Shown piece after piece: positions 54,847-64,000 of a stretch of DNA of 64,000 bases. The first letter of the stretch is position 1. Every line of letters starts with the position of its first letter. Both the position numbers and the translations under genes were made by a program. Source of the DNA: a virus. The notes under the pieces are model-generated. The model did not search any database. It saw only the letters and a list, made by a program, of their open reading frames with translations, and was not told where the DNA came from. Location of the stretch: positions 3,655 to 67,654 of the IMG/VR virus record IMGVR_UViG_3300045738_001392. One strand, written 5' to 3'.

Positions 54847-56741
54847 TATCATTATTGAAAAAAGAATCTGCTCTGAGCAGGCATAACGGATTTAAAGTTA
54901 GTCAGCTAGAAGTCGACAATTGTGCGGTAATTATTGAGCCAAGGGAACACGCCCTGCTAGAGCCCGTTATAAGAAACGTTATGACCAACTTAGCGGACGG
55001 CTGGAACTTGCACGTCTTCTGCGGCAACAAAAATTATGAATACGTTAAAAATTTATTTCCTGATTGGGAATTCAAAATAACAAATTTAGAAATAAATGAT
55101 CTAAGTGAAGAACAATATAATGCGTTGTTAAAAAGTGAGCACTTCTGGGATCAAATCAATGAAGAAAATGTATTGATTTTTCAAACGGACGCATTTATTC
55201 TAAATGAATTTGACATAAATAAGTTTACTGATTTTAGTTTCATCGGATCCCCTTATAATTGGGATCCGCATCGTCAAGAAGCGGGCCCCGTGACAGAGAG
55301 ATTGGCTCCCCCGGGGCATGCAACGAATATGAATGGGGGGTTTAGTTTTAGAAAGAGATCTTCTATGCTGAGATGTATAAAAGAAGTTTCCGAGGACAAA
55401 TTGCTCATGTGGAGGGAGCGAAATAATTGTCAAACAACTTATTTCCTCGAACCTTGGACGAAAGAATTGGCCGAGGACGTTTTCTTTCATAACGCCTTAG
55501 CTATGCTTGAAGAATCTTTACCTAGTCATGAGGTCTGTGCCAATTTTTGTCATCAGCATCTTTATGAAGAAGAAACTCGTGATTGCCAAGCAATACATGG
55601 TTATGATAAATATAGCACCGCAGAACAAATCGTGCCCTTTTGTAGGAAACATCAATCTACGAAGCCCGTCGTATTAATTTATGCTGGTTATGCGCACGAA
55701 CCCTTTAATGGCGCAGATTATTCTGGTAAGCGTGGCGTACGCGGAAGTGAAATAGGACTGATTAATTTGGCGGAAAATTTGACCTCATTCTGCGATGTCT
55801 ATGTCGGCGGCGCAGCGATCAAAGAGGGGGCGTTCAATAATGTTACCTACTTCGGCGCGGAAAAAATTGATTTATTTCTACAACATGCTAATATAGAATA
55901 TCTGATAATAAATAGATATGTCCATTATTTTTTAGATTACAAAAACAAGGCTACGAAAACTTTTGTATGGATTCAGGATGTAGGATTCATGAGCCACTGG
56001 CAAGGGCTTGGATTGGCAAATTCAGGTAAACCATTTATACAAAATATTCAAGATCAAATCGATGGCTTCGTATGCCTTAGTGATCCTCATATAAAAGAAT
56101 TTAATAAATTTTATGAATTACCAGAAGATAAAATATATAAAATTGGAAACGGACTTGTCAATGCGGATTATTTTAATAAGGATATACAAAAAATACCTAA
56201 TAGATTCATTTATTCTTCCTTGCCCGAAAGGGGATTAAATATATTATTAGACTGGTTTCCTGCGATAAAAAAAGAGCTACCTGATGCCGAGCTACATGTT
56301 TTCACCGATCTTGGCGTGACGCCAAACAACGAATCCCCAGAAGACTTAAAAAAGAAAATGCAAGACATAGAGGGAGTAATTTTTAGGGGCAAAGTTTCAA
56401 ATGAAGTCATGCTCGATGAATTTATGAAGGCGGATGTATTCTTGTACCCTAACATATTTTTTGAAACATTTTGCACCAGCGCTCTAGAAGCTCAAGCTGC
56501 GGGGTGCATCGTTGTCACAAGAAAATTTGGAGCATTAGAGGAAGTGGTAGCGGATAGAGGCATATTAATAGATGGAGAACCGCATACTGAGCAGTTTAAA
56601 AACGAAGCAATCCGGCAGATGTTAGATGTTTTGAAAAATAAAGAAAAGAAAGAAAAGCTCCAAAAATACGCTAAAGAGTGGGCGCTTCAAAAAACTTGGG
56701 AAAATAGATCCTTAGAATGGATTGAATTACTTCAGAAATAA
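54834..56741 (+). CDS. DUF5672-like plus GT4 glycosyltransferase
   Basis: VLIFQTD..FIGSP..NGGFSFRKRS..AEDVFF; FIYSSLPERGL..ETFCTSALEAQAAG. Confidence 0.82.
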   Translation: MQDIISLLKKESALSRHNGFKVSQLEVDNCAVIIEPREHALLEPVIRNVMTNLADGWNLHVFCGNKNYEYVKNLFPDWEFKITNLEINDLSEEQYNALLKSEHFWDQINEENVLIFQTDAFILNEFDINKFTDFSFIGSPYNWDPHRQEAGPVTERLAPPGHATNMNGGFSFRKRSSMLRCIKEVSEDKLLMWRERNNCQTTYFLEPWTKELAEDVFFHNALAMLEESLPSHEVCANFCHQHLYEEETRDCQAIHGYDKYSTAEQIVPFCRKHQSTKPVVLIYAGYAHEPFNGADYSGKRGVRGSEIGLINLAENLTSFCDVYVGGAAIKEGAFNNVTYFGAEKIDLFLQHANIEYLIINRYVHYFLDYKNKATKTFVWIQDVGFMSHWQGLGLANSGKPFIQNIQDQIDGFVCLSDPHIKEFNKFYELPEDKIYKIGNGLVNADYFNKDIQKIPNRFIYSSLPERGLNILLDWFPAIKKELPDAELHVFTDLGVTPNNESPEDLKKKMQDIEGVIFRGKVSNEVMLDEFMKADVFLYPNIFFETFCTSALEAQAAGCIVVTRKFGALEEVVADRGILIDGEPHTEQFKNEAIRQMLDVLKNKEKKEKLQKYAKEWALQKTWENRSLEWIELLQK

Positions 56742-56797
56742 TTCTCTTTGATTCTTTTTTGCTGTAATATAAAGAGTATATTGCACGAAATTGAGCC

Positions 56798-58921
56798 ATG
56801 AAAATTGTTGACATAGCCGACGAGATCTATAGGGATTACAGCTATCCAAAAGAAGTAGATATACCATATATAGCTTTTTGGATACGCTCCAATCTTGGTT
56901 CCCTCAACAACCACCTTCAAACAAATTTCATTTATGACGAGATTACCCTAGAAGTCTTTGAGGCCGATACTCAAGCAGAACTAGGTCAGTCGGAAAAAAC
57001 AATACTCAAGCAATTATTTTTAATATATTTCTGCGAAAAGAAAACTCGAGACACGCTGGAATCTATGGAAACAGATAGCATACTTTCCGTATCTGATGAA
57101 CGTTCGAGTTTAACTAGGATAGATAAAAATCAAGTAGCCAAAAATTGGATCAATACCAAAGAACAGGCTTCGGAAGAAATCATTAGGCTTGTTTCTTCTT
57201 ACAAATCTAGGGGGACGACGGTCTTATCTCCTAAAACTATTAGTTTAAACGCGTCACAAATAATAGATTATGGTCCTTCTGGGGTCACTGGTTCAACTGG
57301 CCCTGCTGGCCCCATAGGTCTAAGGGGATATACGGGACCACAGGGAGATACTTTTTATGGTGGGCCCGCAGGAGAAAAGGGCGATAGAGGTTGGCCGGGA
57401 GTAACTGGCCATAGAGGTTTCACTGGCCCAGCTGGCGTTACTGGCATGGGCCACACGGGAGCGGTTGGCCCCGAGGGAGACAAAGGAGACAAAGGAGATA
57501 AAGGTGATGTAGGATTGATGGGGCCAGACGGTGCCGACTCTACCGTTATTGGTCCCACGGGCACTGCTGGAACTACTGGCAGAATAGGGCCAAGGGGATT
57601 TCAGGGTAGAACTGGAGCCACTGGATCTGGCGGTATTGATGGCGTAACCGGACCGATCGGATTAATTGGTCCAACGGGCGAATTTGGTGGACCGACTGGC
57701 CCCATTGGCGCTGCGGGCGTTGATGGAGTAACTGGATCTATTGGCATTACTGGCCCTACTGGGCTAAGAGGTATCTTAGGAGAGCAGGGTTTACAGGGTC
57801 ACCCCGGGTCTCGAGGTCCTGAGGGGTATACCGGTGCCACTGGCGCCGTTTCTACCGTTGCTGGGCCTACTGGGTCTACTGGGGCCGCTGGGCCCGTCTC
57901 AATAACTAAAGAATTTATTGTTACAATCAACAATAATAAATTTTATTTTGATGGAGCTTTGACTCCGAACATAGTTTTATACAAAGGATTTACTTATAAG
58001 TTTGATCAGTCTCATATTAGCAATAAGTATATTAGTTATACCTCTGGATCCCCTGTTGAGGTTGGCCATCCTTTAAAACTTTCTACCATTGAAGGCGGAA
58101 CTCATAGCGGTGGCAATGAATATATAAATGGTTATGTTCCTTATGGTTTGCCGGGAAATGCTGGAGCATATTCTCTATTTACTGTCCCTGACGATGGTAC
58201 AGATATTCTTTATTATTTTGGGCTCTGGCATTCTGGACACGGTCTTGGTGGAAGTATAGCATTAAAGATCATAGAGAGTGGCGATACTGGCGCCACGGGG
58301 GCAACTGGTTCTATTGGGCTAACTGGGCCAATTGGTCCGCTTGGATCAACTGGCGCAGATTCTATAGTTGCTGGGCCTACTGGTCCTCAAGGAAATACAG
58401 TTGTGGGTCCTTCTGGGGCTACCGGCGCTACTGGCGCCGATTCTACCGTTGTTGGACCTATTGGAGCAACAGGAGGAATAGGCCAAATGGGTCCAACGGG
58501 TGTAATCGGACCTACTGGTGCTGACTCTACTGTTGTCGGCCCTACTGGCATAACAGGCTCCACAGGCGTAGGAGTAACTGGGCCTACTGGTGCCGACTCT
58601 ACTGTTGTTGGCCCCACTGGTATAACGGGTCCCACAGGCGCAGGAGTAACTGGGCCTACTGGTGCCGACTCTACTGTCATTGGTCCCACTGGCATAACGG
58701 GTCCCGCAGGTGCAGGAGTAACTGGCCCTGCTGGCGCCGCTGGTACCGCTGGAGTAACTGGGCCCACTGGGTCTGCCGGTGCCGCTGGTGCCGCTGGTGC
58801 CGCTGGCGCTGATGGATCGGATGGCAGCGATGGAGTAACTGGGCCTACGGGTCCCGCTGGTTCAGGAGAAGGAGGAGCCGTAGGAAGTATAGATATTAGA
58901 CAGGTTTGGCTGTATAATTAA
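56798..58921 (+). CDS. collagen-like fibre with helical N-terminal (neck/connector-like) domain and cupredoxin-like insert
   Basis: About 150-aa non-collagen N-terminus; GPT tracts; KGFTYKFDQS..HPLKLS..LYY. Confidence 0.75.
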   Translation: MKIVDIADEIYRDYSYPKEVDIPYIAFWIRSNLGSLNNHLQTNFIYDEITLEVFEADTQAELGQSEKTILKQLFLIYFCEKKTRDTLESMETDSILSVSDERSSLTRIDKNQVAKNWINTKEQASEEIIRLVSSYKSRGTTVLSPKTISLNASQIIDYGPSGVTGSTGPAGPIGLRGYTGPQGDTFYGGPAGEKGDRGWPGVTGHRGFTGPAGVTGMGHTGAVGPEGDKGDKGDKGDVGLMGPDGADSTVIGPTGTAGTTGRIGPRGFQGRTGATGSGGIDGVTGPIGLIGPTGEFGGPTGPIGAAGVDGVTGSIGITGPTGLRGILGEQGLQGHPGSRGPEGYTGATGAVSTVAGPTGSTGAAGPVSITKEFIVTINNNKFYFDGALTPNIVLYKGFTYKFDQSHISNKYISYTSGSPVEVGHPLKLSTIEGGTHSGGNEYINGYVPYGLPGNAGAYSLFTVPDDGTDILYYFGLWHSGHGLGGSIALKIIESGDTGATGATGSIGLTGPIGPLGSTGADSIVAGPTGPQGNTVVGPSGATGATGADSTVVGPIGATGGIGQMGPTGVIGPTGADSTVVGPTGITGSTGVGVTGPTGADSTVVGPTGITGPTGAGVTGPTGADSTVIGPTGITGPAGAGVTGPAGAAGTAGVTGPTGSAGAAGAAGAAGADGSDGSDGVTGPTGPAGSGEGGAVGSIDIRQVWLYN
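58517..58732 (+). repeat. three 72-bp in-frame tandem repeats ([24 protein letters not shown])
   Basis: GGTGC(T/C)GACTCT at 58517, 58589, 58661. Confidence 0.88.
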
Positions 58922-58946
58922 GTAAGTGTAATTAGGTAAAAGGGAA

Positions 58947-59372
58947 ATGGCGAATCAAATACAATTAAATCATAAAAGACTTGCTTCGGGACTATTTTAT
59001 GATGATACGGTGAATGGAGATGCTACTTGGGTTGACCCCGGTTGGACGGGTGTACCCCTGTATACTTCAATTGCGCCAAGTGGATCAGACCTTAAATATC
59101 TCTTATTCCATAATGCTGATTCAAGCAATTGGATTGATACACGAATATATTTTTACGGTACAGGCATAGATAATAGGGTATTATATCTTAGCATTCCTCC
59201 CGACGAAACCGCAGAGTGGGATTTGGATTATGTTATTCATTTAGACAGCGGGCAATCTATATATGGGAATGTCCCAACCGATTATGGAATTGGCGGCAGT
59301 ACTGTTAGTCAGCCTTTGAATTATTATATTTATGGAGCAGAAATTGTTACGGGTGATTTACAAGGTTCATAG
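58947..59372 (+). CDS. small beta-rich fibre-partner protein
   Basis: [25 protein letters not shown], similar to 15754. Confidence 0.65.
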   Translation: MANQIQLNHKRLASGLFYDDTVNGDATWVDPGWTGVPLYTSIAPSGSDLKYLLFHNADSSNWIDTRIYFYGTGIDNRVLYLSIPPDETAEWDLDYVIHLDSGQSIYGNVPTDYGIGGSTVSQPLNYYIYGAEIVTGDLQGS

Positions 59373-59374
59373 CT

Positions 59375-61879
59375 ATGGGAATTAAATTTTCACGTACAGG
59401 TGCGCAAGGAGGCCCAACGGGCCCGACTGGTCCCGGTGGCGCTGCTGGTGGTCCTACTGGTCCCACCGGTCTGGATGGTCCAGTTGGCGCTGTCGGCGCA
59501 ACTGGCGTAACTGGATCTATTGGCGCAGGCGTTACTGGGCCCACTGGCGTTACCGGCATAGCGGGACCTACTGGGCCGAGCCAAGGTCCTACTGGTTCCG
59601 CAGGTGCTACTGGTGCCATTGGCGCAACTGGCGTTACCGGCTTAGGACTGCAGGGAGAATTTGGTGGCGATTCTCAATCATTTATATTTAATTCTGGAAT
59701 TCTTGATGAAGATCCCGCCATGGGAAAAGCGTCATTTCGTGAATATAATGGGGGCGCAACTAACTTAGACACAAGGGACGTAAAAAGAATATTTGTAAAT
59801 TCTAAAAACTCGCACGGTGTTGAAGTCTCTGATTGGAATGAATCTGTAGATCCCCATGGAAGAATAAGGATATTTAAAGAAGATGATTCTAATAAATTTG
59901 CCGTATTTGAATTAGTTCCAAATACTTCTATGGCCTTGGGTTCGCCTTGGCCAGAATTAGTAGCCGTAGCTTCTGATCAAAACAAAACTTCGACAACAAT
60001 TACTATTAAATATAGTTTTATGATAGCAGGAGTTTCTACGGAAAATGTAAATACCACAGACGATTTTCTAGACAATGTAGACTTCTCTGTTACTCATTCT
60101 CAATTTACAGGAGAAGTTGGGGCCGCCCTAGACGAATGGAAGGACGCGTTTGAATATGTTTATCCTTGGTTGACTTTAAATTTTCAAAATTTAGGAGACG
60201 AGCCAAATAATTCTACCGCCAGTGATCCAAATGCGTCTACTTACGCACTTCCTGCTGGCGTGGGAGATTTCCGTTTTGGAATGCATAATATTGATGGCAG
60301 CCTCAATACTCTTGCTCATGCTTGGTCTCCCGGAGGAGTGCTCGGTGTGTCGGGTAATGTCGGTGGTGACGTACATTTCGACAGCTCAGAAGACTGGAGA
60401 TTGGATGCTACTCCACCTGCGAATGACCCAAATGCAATCAGTATTAAGTATACAGCTGTTCACGAAATCGGTCACAATTTTGGACTTGGGCATGACTCTA
60501 GTTCTAAATCAATAATGTATGCTTCTCTAAGTTCTACGCACAATTATTCTGAAAGATTTTCAAGAAGTTTGCAAGCAATTGATTTGCAAGCTCTTGACAA
60601 TATATATTACCAACCGGCGTGGACAGTGGCCACGACGACGACAACGACAGCGGGACCGCCCTGCACAACTACAACCACGGCATCACCAGCGACAACAACC
60701 ACAACGACCGCCGCGCCGACAACCACAACGACCGCCGCGCCGACAACCACAACTACGGCTACGCCTTCGTCTATAGTGCTTCTGCCGAACAAGGTGGCAA
60801 ACTGGATGCAGCCGCTTTATTATGAGACTGTACAAAGCGTCCTTCCTGCCAATACGGTCACTGATCCCAATCAAATTTACCCGTCTTTCTCGCCCGGAAG
60901 TAATTTCAAGGCTTGGTGCTCTCCGACGGCGGCAGCTACTCAGTTAGAATATTTGAATAATCACGATAGTACATGGCCGCTACTTAACACCCCCTCGCAT
61001 ATCAATGATAATCATGACGCAGGAGGAACACTACCTATCGCGCTGGGGACAGCTAATGTCGACACCATTGCTTGGGACGCCATCAAGAGCATGGGAAGTT
61101 GGGGCAACTATTTATTGGATGGACCCAATGTGAGAGTGGGAATTTCCTCTATGTCTTCTCCTCCTTATCCTTGTGATTTTGGTTGGCATATGGACACAAA
61201 TAATCTTGGCGCGAACGGTTCTTTCGGTAATACCTCCGTAGGAACAAGCGTTCAAAATATTTATAAAGGATTAGAATCTTTTTATGCCGATTTTAGCATG
61301 GGTGGTGGCTGGAGCGATATGGTTGGAATTGTTTATAATAAATCCTCATCTATGTATGGTCACCAAGGCTACGGGTTTGGTCAATTGCCGAAATATTGGG
61401 TAGATAACAGCCTTACTATAGCGGGAGGAAGTGGATTCGACATAGATGTAATGTGGAATACAATTAAATTTGAAATAGATAATAACAGGTCTGTTCTAGC
61501 GTGCTTTAATGGCTGGTCTTTGGGTTCATTAAGTACTCGGACTTTCAATAACGTTCCTGAATTAGATGGCACATATTATACTCTTAACACTTTTAATGGC
61601 GCTAACACTTTAACTTCAGAAAGTTATACGAACGAAGTTTACGACGAGAGCGCCTTGGGGCATACAGTTGTAATAATTGGGTATATTGTTGATGGAACAT
61701 CTGACGACATCAGTGCTGGCAGCAATACGAAATGGTTAGTCGTAAAAGATAATCAGTGGAATACAGCTAGGAATGTAATAATTCCTTGGGATCAATTAAA
61801 TACCGGAAACAAAACAGCTTGGAATAATTTAATAGCTACCCTGTATGTAGATGTAGCCCGAGCAACATGGACACCGTAA
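59375..61879 (+). CDS. collagen segment plus matrixin (M10) metalloprotease plus Thr-rich linker plus papain-like domain
   Basis: [31 protein letters not shown] (HExxHxxGxxH and Met-turn); [21 protein letters not shown]. Confidence 0.88.
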   Translation: MGIKFSRTGAQGGPTGPTGPGGAAGGPTGPTGLDGPVGAVGATGVTGSIGAGVTGPTGVTGIAGPTGPSQGPTGSAGATGAIGATGVTGLGLQGEFGGDSQSFIFNSGILDEDPAMGKASFREYNGGATNLDTRDVKRIFVNSKNSHGVEVSDWNESVDPHGRIRIFKEDDSNKFAVFELVPNTSMALGSPWPELVAVASDQNKTSTTITIKYSFMIAGVSTENVNTTDDFLDNVDFSVTHSQFTGEVGAALDEWKDAFEYVYPWLTLNFQNLGDEPNNSTASDPNASTYALPAGVGDFRFGMHNIDGSLNTLAHAWSPGGVLGVSGNVGGDVHFDSSEDWRLDATPPANDPNAISIKYTAVHEIGHNFGLGHDSSSKSIMYASLSSTHNYSERFSRSLQAIDLQALDNIYYQPAWTVATTTTTTAGPPCTTTTTASPATTTTTTAAPTTTTTAAPTTTTTATPSSIVLLPNKVANWMQPLYYETVQSVLPANTVTDPNQIYPSFSPGSNFKAWCSPTAAATQLEYLNNHDSTWPLLNTPSHINDNHDAGGTLPIALGTANVDTIAWDAIKSMGSWGNYLLDGPNVRVGISSMSSPPYPCDFGWHMDTNNLGANGSFGNTSVGTSVQNIYKGLESFYADFSMGGGWSDMVGIVYNKSSSMYGHQGYGFGQLPKYWVDNSLTIAGGSGFDIDVMWNTIKFEIDNNRSVLACFNGWSLGSLSTRTFNNVPELDGTYYTLNTFNGANTLTSESYTNEVYDESALGHTVVIIGYIVDGTSDDISAGSNTKWLVVKDNQWNTARNVIIPWDQLNTGNKTAWNNLIATLYVDVARATWTP

Positions 61880-64000
61880 ATGAGTTATAGAAAAATATGG
61901 GTAGAATACGTTGATCACCATAGCAGATTTTGCCATGGCGAAGAGCTCGTTCTTTCCTATGCAATAGGTGGGCCTACTGGTCCAATTGGCGTTACGGGTA
62001 TAACTGGTACTGATGGTGCTGCTGGTGGCGCAGGTCCAGTTGGGCCTACTGGTTCTGCTGGGCCTGCCGGTGGACCTACTGGGCCCGTTGGTCCGACAGG
62101 AGCTGTTGGGCCTGCTGGCGGACCATCTGGCGCCACTGGGCCTGCGGGCCCTGCTGGAGCTATAGGCACGACTGGGCCTCAAGGTGCCGCCGGGGCTGCT
62201 GGAGCTGCTGGGGCCGCTGGTCCTCAAGGCTCTGTTGGGCCCACTGGTGTCCAAGGTACTAGCGTTATAGGTCCTACTGGGCCTACTGGCGCAGGAGTAA
62301 CTGGCCCCACTGGCGTTACTGGGTCAGATGGTGCCGCCGGAGGACCGACTGGTCCTGCTGGGGGTATTGGTCCCACCGGGAGTCAGGGCGCTATGGGTCC
62401 CACTGGTTCCGCTGGGGCCGCTGGAGCTAATGGAACTAATGGTACAAATGGCGCTATTGGTGCCACTGGTGCCGCTGGGACCAATGGAAGCAATGGCACA
62501 AACGGTGCCGTTGGCGCTACTGGCGCTACTGGATCTCAAGGTGCAGTTGGATCTGCGGGCTCCCAAGGTCTCGTCGGTCCAACTGGCGCTGATGGTTCTG
62601 ATGGTGCCGATGGCACCGATGGTACTGATGGTACTGATGGAGCGACATGGCTAACGGGCTCAGGAGATCCAGCGTCTGGGGCGGGGGTTGTCGGCGATTT
62701 CTACCTGAACTCAACCTCTGACGAGTGGTTCGAAAAAACTGGAGCCAGCACGTGGACTTCTCGTGGCGACTTTACTGGTGCAGTGGGTCCTACCGGACCG
62801 GGTGCTGGCGTAACTGGGCCTACTGGTGTTCAAGGCCCTACTGGGCCGGGCGCTGGCGTAACTGGGCCTACTGGTGTCGCTGGCGTTGCTGGCGTCGCTG
62901 GTGTCACTGGCGCAACAGGCGCGGCTGGCGCTGCTGGCGTTAATGGAACAAACGGCGCAAATGGAAGCATCGGTCCTACTGGACCCCAAGGTAATCTCGG
63001 TCCTCAGGGCGTTCAAGGACAAGCTGGCGCAAATGGCCAAAATGGCCAAAATGGCGCAAATGGCGCCGTTGGACCTACGGGGCCTGCTGGAGCTAATGGA
63101 ACTAATGGTACAAATGGCGCCATTGGTGCTACTGGTGCTGCTGGCGCTGTCGGCCCTCAAGGTATTCAGGGTTCAGCAGGTTCTGACGCTACTGCAGCTG
63201 GCAGTAGCCAACAATACCAATTCAATAGTGGTTCAAGTAATACGTTTGCTGCTTCATCCAACTTCTTTAGAGACACTAATGAAGATAGGCCGCTTTCTAA
63301 AAAAGGCTACCTAACTATAGCTGGAGGCTACCAAGTATGGAAAGATGGAACAGATGGATCGTCTAACCCAAGTGCGGCTTGGAATGTTGGAATGAGCGTT
63401 CCTAATGGCGCTGTAGGGGATGATTTAAAATTTGCCCATTGGGCTGCGGGCGCTTGGACAAATAAAGGAACTTGGACAAGCACCCAACTAACAGTTGACA
63501 CAAATCTCTACGTAAGCGGATCAGGCGTAGTAACTGGAAATTTCCTTGCGGAGTCAGGTCTCTACGTAGGCGGGTCAGGCGTGGTAACTGGAAATTTCTA
63601 TGCGCAGTCAGGCCTCTATGTAACTGGAGACGCTCAATTGGCGTCGGGGCTCTCTGTGGCAGCAGACGCTACGATGTTGTCGGGACTCTATGTAACTGGG
63701 ACCGCAACAATAGGTACAATAGATTCTATTTCTGGTAATACTAATTTCTTAGTAAGCGATGGCGGCGTAATCAAACAGAGTTCTGATGGTGGGCCCACTG
63801 GTCCCACGGGCGCCGCTGGTACCGTTGGTACAACTGGTGCCGTTGGCGCAACTGGTGCCGCTGGCGCTGACGGAGCGGACGGCAGTGATGGTGCCGTTGG
63901 CGCAACTGGTGCCGCTGGTGCTGACGGAGCGGACGGCAGTGATGGTGCCGTTGGCGCAACTGGTGCCGTTGGCGCAACTGGTGCCGCTGGCGCTAATGGA
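61880..64000 (+). CDS. long collagen-like fibre protein, truncated by the window end (not in ORF track)
   Basis: ATG 61880 ([13 protein letters not shown]...), Gly-X-Y frame consistent through base 64000. Confidence 0.85.
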   Translation, partial: MSYRKIWVEYVDHHSRFCHGEELVLSYAIGGPTGPIGVTGITGTDGAAGGAGPVGPTGSAGPAGGPTGPVGPTGAVGPAGGPSGATGPAGPAGAIGTTGPQGAAGAAGAAGAAGPQGSVGPTGVQGTSVIGPTGPTGAGVTGPTGVTGSDGAAGGPTGPAGGIGPTGSQGAMGPTGSAGAAGANGTNGTNGAIGATGAAGTNGSNGTNGAVGATGATGSQGAVGSAGSQGLVGPTGADGSDGADGTDGTDGTDGATWLTGSGDPASGAGVVGDFYLNSTSDEWFEKTGASTWTSRGDFTGAVGPTGPGAGVTGPTGVQGPTGPGAGVTGPTGVAGVAGVAGVTGATGAAGAAGVNGTNGANGSIGPTGPQGNLGPQGVQGQAGANGQNGQNGANGAVGPTGPAGANGTNGTNGAIGATGAAGAVGPQGIQGSAGSDATAAGSSQQYQFNSGSSNTFAASSNFFRDTNEDRPLSKKGYLTIAGGYQVWKDGTDGSSNPSAAWNVGMSVPNGAVGDDLKFAHWAAGAWTNKGTWTSTQLTVDTNLYVSGSGVVTGNFLAESGLYVGGSGVVTGNFYAQSGLYVTGDAQLASGLSVAADATMLSGLYVTGTATIGTIDSISGNTNFLVSDGGVIKQSSDGGPTGPTGAAGTVGTTGAVGATGAAGADGADGSDGAVGATGAAGADGADGSDGAVGATGAVGATGAAGANG

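Noticed and set aside
14539-63977. Numerous minus-strand and off-frame ORFs rich in PVGP/PVAP over the collagen genes
   Set aside because: Shadow frames of Gly-X-Y codon repeats, with no independent expression signals

Overview
A 64-kb segment of a large tailed dsDNA phage genome, almost entirely on the + strand. The host cannot be identified from the sequence. (1) Positions 1-6400 are an early or host-takeover region of about 25 tiny ORFs in promoter-gene cassettes. It has about 14 near-consensus sigma70 promoters (mostly TTGACA-17-TGnTATATT), and nine of them place the ATG at about +1 (leaderless). The promoters fall into three families with different upstream elements, including six perfect DnaA-box 9-mers and three sigma54 -24/-12-like sites. 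A candidate structured RNA starts at the first promoter's +1. (2) Positions 6.5-14.5 kb encode PhoH, a glycosyltransferase-like protein, a phage sigma factor with a Cys insert, a methyltransferase, a C2H2-ERCC4 nuclease and the terminase large subunit. (3) Positions 14.5-64 kb are a virion region. The head module (probable portal, tubulin/FtsZ-family GTPase, protease-scaffold, decoration protein, capsid) is surrounded by eight Thr-rich (Gly-X-Thr) collagen-like fibre genes and large RCC1, YVTN and YHYH proteins. One fibre carries a matrixin and a papain-like domain. An embedded four-gene glycosyltransferase cluster has GT60-, GT6-, GT17-, GT2- and GT4-like domains. The strongest system-level hypothesis is a phage that O-glycosylates its own collagen/mucin-like fibre coat. 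The portal-linked tubulin and the layered early promoter array are further candidates. All family calls come from motif recognition by eye, not database searches.
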